DNA of 64,000 bases from the human T2T-CHM13v2.0 reference genome, Homo sapiens: NCBI RefSeq assembly GCF_009914755.1, contig NC_060929.1. One strand, written 5' to 3'. The position numbers and the translations under genes are program-made. This document shows, piece by piece, positions 40,199 to 64,000 of the stretch. Under the pieces are notes generated by a model that saw only the letters and a program-made list of their open reading frames with translations, made no database searches and was not told the origin of the DNA. Every line of letters begins with the position of its first letter. The stretch's first letter is position 1.

Positions 40199-40659
40199 CT
40201 AGCGTTTTCCACCCATAGCCCTGGGGTAAAAGCCGGGGATGTGGACTCAGGGGTACACATTCCAAGTCGACTAACAGATGCCATTTTCTATCTAGCAAAT
40301 TAGAAAGCATTAAAAATGTAAGACTATCTGCTGCTGAGAGGAAGTACCGAGATGAACACTTTCCTCTCTACTAACGAGAGCCTGCACTGGCAGCAGCCTT
40401 CAGGAAAGCAATTTGGCAATAAATAGCAAGAACCTTTAAAATACCCATACCATTTTAATCCAGTAATTCCAAATCCAGGACTCTGCCCTAATGAAACAGT
40501 CTTAAATTTAAAAAAATGCATAATGATGTTAATCAAAATCCCATTATAATAACAGTGCCATTATAAAATTATAATAATAGTGACACACTAAAAACAACCA
40601 TAATTGCTTGGCTATCAGGCAGTGATTTTAAAACTTTTTATATAGATTAAGAAAAATGG

Positions 40660-41933
<1,274 letters not shown>

Positions 41934-44601
41934 AATAAGATGTATCTTTACATGCATTCCAACACTCTCAGTCTTTCCTCACACACCCGCTGCTAAGAGA
42001 AGAATTCAGCGCTACCAAGAGAAATTTTCTCCAGGGCTCCTGCCTTCTGTGGTGAAGTTTCATCTTGACTGAAAAATAGATTCAGGATGAAACAACACTT
42101 TGAGAGAACCCGGGATGCTCCATTTGAAACTCCCTGAATGGAATTTATGAGGGGTGTCCCCTGCTAGATGATGGCTGCCTTTGGACGATTCATCCCAAGA
42201 AGCTGCAGCATTATGACAACTTCAGGCCACCCCGGGCACCAGTGCCTGGTCTTGAAATGAGCTGTATCCAGGAGCTCCTTTCAGACTTGCAACGTGAAAC
42301 AAGGAGGCAGCACAATGCCAAGAGGCTGGGCCTGAATACGGGAGAACTTGGTTCCAGCCTCTGCTCTTCTGCTTCACTGTCCACTCACCCATTCATTCAG
42401 GTGCTCACCAGGCTCCATCAGGAGCGAGACACTAGCCGGGATCAGAGAATACAATGAGGACCCTCGGGGAATCCACAGTTTAGTTGGGGGAGCAGAGAGT
42501 AAGCAAATAAACAAACATCTACTCCTAACATGGAAAGTGTTGGGAAGACAGGACCGGGGCTACTCAAGAGTGCACAGTAGGGGGTGTGACCTCGAGGGGA
42601 CGGTCATGGAGGGAGGGCTGGGGGCTTTGGAGGAAGGACAGTTTTATTCAGCATACACTAACTGCACATCTATTATGTGCCCGACACTGTTCTAGGCACA
42701 GAGATGAAAGCAACCAAGTCCTGCCTGACATGCCACATGTTATTCCCGTGGTGGCGACAGGCACCTGGCAAAACCCCCGGAATGCCTGGCAGCGAGAAGG
42801 GCCCAGGGCTGAGAAGGCAGGGAGAAGAACACAGTGCTGGGGTGCAGGGTGGGGAGCTACTTTAGACACAAACTCAGGATCTGGGGGAGGTATTTCCAGG
42901 CAGAGAAAACTGCAAACAGACTGGGAGGCAGGAAACAGCAGGCTGGAGGGACCAGCGGGGACAGGACACAGCCTGGCCGGAAGGAGGGGGCCGGGGGTGG
43001 AAGCAGATAAGGCAGGAGACGGGCAGGGCAGTTACAAAGCCTCTGAGCCTCAGTTTCCCCATCTGTGACACGGGGGTGATAGCACAGAACCATTGCGCAG
43101 GTTTTCCTGAGGATTAAATGACAAACGCAAAGCACTGTGATGCAAGGTCCACTCGTGGCAAAAGCGAGAAGATGGTGATTCTTTCACCGGCCCATGAGCC
43201 AGTCCAGCCTTTTTCAGGCTGGGGCAAGGCTGAGGCTGAACTAAGACCCCCCGGCACCTCCTGGGAGTGGTCAGGAAAGCTGGCTTCTGAGCCCCGGTTA
43301 GTGCTAACTGGACAGCAGTTGCTATATCAGGGGACAGTCTGGCCAGCAAGAGGGGACAGGGGGCCCTCAGCCTCCTGAAGTGGGACCAACAGGTGCTGCA
43401 AGTGAGGTGCAGAAGCAGGAAACCCAGGTAGAGCCTGGCTCTGCTGATGACTCTGGCAGGCGGCTCCCCTGGGCCTCCAGGGTAAGAATGGGAAGCTGGC
43501 CCCACCTTCCTGCTGGGTCAGCCAGGCCCCCCTGTGGGCCTGGCTCCCTCGCAAACACCACTAAGGGCTGGCACATCATCCCATCCCAGGAAACCTTTTG
43601 GGAACAGTGACTGCCTCTCAGGCCCAGGGTGAGGATCCCAAAAGGTGGCCACTCCCCGACCACAGGCCCTGCCGATCCCTTCCTGAGAAGAGAGACGAGA
43701 AACAGAAACCACCAACGTGCAATGACACACCGTAGGTCCCCAGGGCCTCCCTCAGGCACGCACCAGCCAGCTCTTTGGGTAGCTGCTACTTCCCCTTCTG
43801 CCCCACACGATGGGGCCCAGATGGGAGAGTGGGGCAGCCCCACCTTGCAGCCCAGAGAACTGAGCCTGTTTGCTCCCTCCGCAGAGTTTATAAGGGAGTG
43901 TCCCTTGATAGCTGATGGCTGCCCTTGAGCAATTCAAAAGGGATTTTCACCATGCAGTCTCTTCTGATGAAAACACTCCCCCTTCTCCTCCCATTTTAAA
44001 ATGTATTAGAGACAAGGGCGGCGGAGATAAGGGAAATCTCCCTTTCTCCGCTGTAATTTCCATAAAGAAAGAGATCATTTCTGCTGTGGCCACAGTTGTA
44101 TCCCTGGCACGTTATCTGGAGCAGGAAGCACTCAACAGGTTTATCGAATGAGCATGCTCATAAATAAATAAAGAGACAGAATTTGCTAAAATGCCTTTAC
44201 TCATATATGTAAAAAATAAAACTGGGTTTTAAAAACTTGTTTGCCAGCAATTCTATTTGTAGAAATCCATCTCTAAAACCAGATCTATAATATATATGGA
44301 TGCTTATAAAAGCAACAGCCAAAAAGAATGGAAAATTGGAAATCATCCAAAGTGTTGCTGGAGCTTCATTGCTGAATGGTTAGATAAGTTGTGGTTCACC
44401 CCAGCTATGAAATAACATGCAGCTCTTAAAAAGAATGAGGCTGTATTTGTATGGACTAACTTGGAAGTGTATCTCTAATACATTAATACATGTCCCAAAC
44501 ATGTTGCTGACTGACTGATGAGTCTTATAAAATGTGTAGCATGATTCCAGAAATGATCCAAGTGCAGGTACTCCAGTAGAAGATTATCTTTAAAGGAATA
44601 A

Positions 44602-47111
<2,510 letters not shown>

Positions 47112-47455
47112 GGTTATTTTTATTTTCTTCCGTTTTTTAGGAACCTAGAGACGCGTGCCCATTTGATAAGGGCTTCGTCTTCCGGTTTGACCCCCCACCT
47201 TCGGCCTTCACTGACTCTCCTCCTCGCAACACACTGCACTGTCTTCCTGACACCCTCCACGCACTCACCGCCAACCCAGCCCTTTCTTGTTGCTTCCCAT
47301 CCCTCAAGCTTCTGCCTCACTTACTTCCCCTCTGCTGGGCCTGTGCGATTCTCACAGGCTGGGCAGGGTAGGTAGACCGCAATTTTTTTTTCTGGCCAGT
47401 CCGAATCCTCCCTTCCTCTGAAAAACCATCTCCCCACCCACCACACTGCCTCATT

Positions 47456-47570
47456 GCGGGGGCGAGGGCTACTTCCGTGTTGTCACGTGACCCCACCCTC
47501 CGTGCCAGAGACTGAAGACAAGCCGGGCCTGTGGGAGACCCCCTCCTGCCTGGGCCTCACTGATTGGTCC
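47456..47570. promoter_or_regulatory. Candidate enhancer/promoter motif cluster (EGR, ETS, CLEAR/USF E-box, NF-Y)
   Basis: GCGGGGGCG 47456-47464, ACTTCCG 47471-47477, GTCACGTGAC 47482-47491, CTGATTGGTC 47560-47569; motif evidence only. Confidence 0.4.
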
Positions 47571-47758
47571 AAGGATTACTATCTGGGCCAAACGGGGCCA
47601 GTCAGAGCCCTCCCCTGGGATTATTGATGCCAAAGCCTCCAATGGTGAGTTCGGGTTCAGGCAGCAGCAGATGATGCCGGGAAATGTGAAACTAGATGGT
47701 ATCCTGAGCTTGGTGGAGAGGGTTGGTCTGGGAGCCGAACCTACATGCACAGAAAGCC

Positions 47759-47818
47759 AAGGGCCAGGGATACGGTCCTGGCAGCGTTAAGGGCCAGGGA
47801 TACGGTCCTGGCAGCGTT
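47759..47818. repeat. Perfect 30-bp tandem duplication (AAGGGCCAGGGATACGGTCCTGGCAGCGTT x2)
   Basis: Seen directly. Confidence 0.95.
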
Positions 47819-48362
47819 TATGTTCCAGGTTTCAACTAACTTTAAGGCCCACCCAGCTGTATTTCTTCTCCAATTTGGCTCCATGATGTACACATTTTCC
47901 TGTCTGCCTTAACTCTTAGGAAGTGGGTTTTTATCATTTGCCACTAAGAGAGGCGACAAGAGGGTAGTGGTTAAGCACGTAGGCTCTGGACCCAGCTGCC
48001 TTGGTTTGAACCCCAGTTGTTCCTCTTATCGGCAATGTGACCTTGGATAAGTCAGTCTTGCTAGGTCCCAAATCCATCCTGCAAGATGATATCAGTGGCT
48101 TTTGAGAATGGAATGAGTTAACACATATCAGATGCTGGCTCAGTGCATGGTAGCTCTAGTGAAAGAACCAGGCCCCCAGCCTGCTGGTAGCAGGAAATAG
48201 CAATGCTGGGCTGGGTGAAGGCAGCAGTGAGAGATGGGCAGTTGGCTTCCTGACTGGTCCACCTGCCAAGTCTCCAGCACATTGGGCGGGGCATGGGGGT
48301 TGGGAGTTGGGGATGCTGAAGTAACTAACCATAGGCTAAAGTGGTGGTCATGCTGGAAGTGA

Positions 48363-52275
<3,913 letters not shown>

Positions 52276-53295
52276 TCAGCTGGAGGTCATCACAGTGGTC
52301 CAGATAGGCACCAAAGCAGAGAGGAGGAAAGCTGCTCAATGGACAGATTAGGGAGGTGGAGCTGGCGGAATGTGGAGGCGGTGGGAGGAGGGGAGTGAGA
52401 AGATTCCAAGGTGACAGCCTTGTGCTCTGCGTCCCACAGGACTGTCCTGATTGAGTCAACGTAGCTACCCAAGACCCCTGTGACCAGGGGAGCCACCTCC
52501 CTTGGCCTGCCAGGTTCCCAGGCTGTCGGCTTCTAAGCCTGGTCACCAAAGGGCACTGCTCCGAGTCTTCCCTCTGCCTACAACAGCACTGCTGTGTCCG
52601 GCTTGCCTAGTGGTGCCTGGACAGGAATCCACAAGGCTCAGCTCTCCCAGCCAGGCCCTCAGGAGTGGTATAATAGACATGCCAACCAGGAATGCAGGTA
52701 CCAACTGCCCTGCTCTGGGAAGCCAGGCCCCAGACCAGGGCTCCTGGACCAGGGACCCTTCTCTCTGGAGTCCGCAAGCTGCCTGCCCCCTGTCCCTGTG
52801 GCCTCATCCTGAACCTCTGTGTCTCCAGCCAGGGGCCAGGATCAGAGCCTGCATGGGCTTCAGGACCACACAGACCGAGGCCGTACCCAGGTGCTGCCTC
52901 TCACTAGCTGTGTGGTTACTGGCAAGTCGCCCAAGCTCTCTGGCCCTTCATTTCCTGGTCTGTGAAATGGGATGATTATAATCGACATAGGCAGGGCTCC
53001 AGCCATCAGCCATGTTCAGTTCTCAGTGTGGAAAATAGGCAATAAAGGGGGATTATTGCTATGTTGGTTCTAAGATGAGTCCAGGGCTGGAATATGTGCC
53101 GCAATCTTTTTAATGGCAAAAATGTGTCTTGCTCATGTCTAATTTACTGATATAAATGAAATAGGAATGACAAAAATACTAATGATGATGATGAAGATAA
53201 TTATGATCTAATCACCACCATTTTTGGAGCCCTTATAATGTGTCAGGCATGAGGATAAGGACACGGTGCATACTGTCATTTAATCCTCGCAGTAA

Positions 53296-55250
<1,955 letters not shown>

Positions 55251-55914
55251 AAGACCCAAGATGTTTAATAGCCAGCAAGGCATGGCCAACCATATCTATT
55301 CCAATCAGAACAGGCCCTGGATGTTACATAGAATGGCCCCACAGTGACATACCACGTGGGTATTCTCTCCATCTCACAAAAGGGCCAGTCCTGTGCCCCA
55401 AAGCCTCCAAAAAGAGAAACCTGGAATGGACCTCAGGGAATGGACCCCTGGGCCCCAAGCTCAGGCCAGTAATGCTTCCCAGCCATGCGGGGCAAAGTGG
55501 AGATGGATGGAGGGGCAGAAACCCCTCTAAGCAGGGCAGGCATCTGCAGGAAGGTCAACACTAAACAGAGAGCTGCAACGAGGACCTGGCTCTGAACTTG
55601 TCAGCTGTCCCCATTTCAGCTTCTCTTTGCACATCATCATTCCCAAAATGCTCCTTTCACTGCTGCCACCAACAGGGGGAAAACTGCCTAGGGCTGGAGC
55701 AGTCAGGACCACGAGGAGAACTGGGACGGGAGCCAGAGAAGGGTTTGTCTGCTGGCTGAGCTGTAGCCTAGGGCACGCCCTAGCTGTGAATGAGGTCGAG
55801 GACACAGTACACTTCCATGCCTTTCCATCTCTGATGCTCCCCTCCAGCTAAGCTCATTCAGTTAAGCTGCATACCAGGGGACACAGAGGGGGTGCTAGCT
55901 GGCTTCCATTTTCC

Positions 55915-56725
<811 letters not shown>

Positions 56726-56972
56726 TACCAGACTATCACTTTTATACTGTTAGATTCTATCCCCCCAAATGATAATCTTCAAAGGCAGTGCCTGCTGAGA
56801 GAAGGCACACCCAAGAGCCATATAACATGTGCCATGTATCCTCCCCGCTACTGTCATCTACCTGGGAACTCCATGGGGCAGTAAGTGGCTCTGTAACGAA
56901 GGCTTGTGGGTCCTACATTTCTACAGCCCGGGATGGGGATGGACTACTGTAAATTTCACACATTCCTGAGAT

Positions 56973-58335
<1,363 letters not shown>

Positions 58336-58630
58336 TCCTGAGGTAAACTCAGGGAAAATACCTTGAATGGTGTGACATTATCCTAAGTGCCTCTCCTCTT
58401 CTGGGCCATCCCAGAATCCTGGACATGTCACTCAACCTTCCAGGCCTCTCCTCAGCCTCTCTGCACTCACTGCCCTGAAGGGTAGCATGAGCCGGGGATG
58501 CTGCAGGATGGGCCATGGTCCATGGTTAGGAGCGGGTCACCCAGACCTGGGTTCACAGCTCTCCTGTGTGATCTGGGTGAGTCCCTTAACCTTTCAAGTG
58601 TCAGCCCAATCAAAAATAAAAGTGATATTT

Positions 58631-63805
<5,175 letters not shown>

Positions 63806-64000
63806 TGACAACCTGGCTTGCTTCCTCTTCTTTAGTTCAAGAGCTCCACAACCCCTTGAGCTTCCCTTTTATTTATTTATTTTTTTGCCTTGGCTGCTGG
63901 GAAGCTCTGGGTTAAGTTCCTCAGCTTTGGTTTGACTCCCAGGCCTTACTTGCTTTTTTTAGTATCTGGGTCTTAACATTTTTACCTTCAGCTTATCAGT

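Larger units (their letters stand above)
47390..47952. mobile_element. Old MLT1-type (ERVL-MaLR) LTR
   Basis: tgattggtccaagg, gggccagtcagagccctccc, and terminal gggttttt.tcatttgc.actaagagag motifs. Confidence 0.55.

Overview
Human genomic DNA (it carries a human-specific AluYb-lineage insertion) lying entirely inside the STK10 (LOK, lymphocyte-oriented Ste20-family kinase) gene, which is on the minus strand. Ten coding exons could be delimited at splice-site resolution (probably exons 3-12; numbering from memory). They total 1668 nt, splice in frame, and encode most of the kinase domain, the Pro/Ser-rich linker and the start of the C-terminal coiled coil. The rest is intron: more than 50 Alus, a fragmented old L1, L2/MIR pieces, three LTR-like elements, Tigger1, Tigger4a, MER20, MER102-like and Ricksha DNA transposons, and simple repeats. 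Nearly all listed ORFs outside STK10 exons are Alu or low-complexity artefacts. No RNA gene or CRISPR array is supported. The most interesting signals are latent splicing features: (i) a CpG-rich segment of intron 5 with a distant branch point, a ~163-nt AG-free pyrimidine tract and a possible 35-nt poison exon; (ii) a GC-AG intron whose weak donor competes with an exonic GT donor and is followed by a YCAY-rich array and a 315-codon in-frame read-through; (iii) a consensus donor inside the 549-nt exon that would delete 172 aa in frame. Several unusual retrotransposition scars are also present (5'-inverted Alu, orphan poly(A) insert, Alu head remnant), plus a MER20-derived minisatellite. All functional interpretations are hypotheses. 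Repeat family names come from recall of consensus sequences, not from a search.
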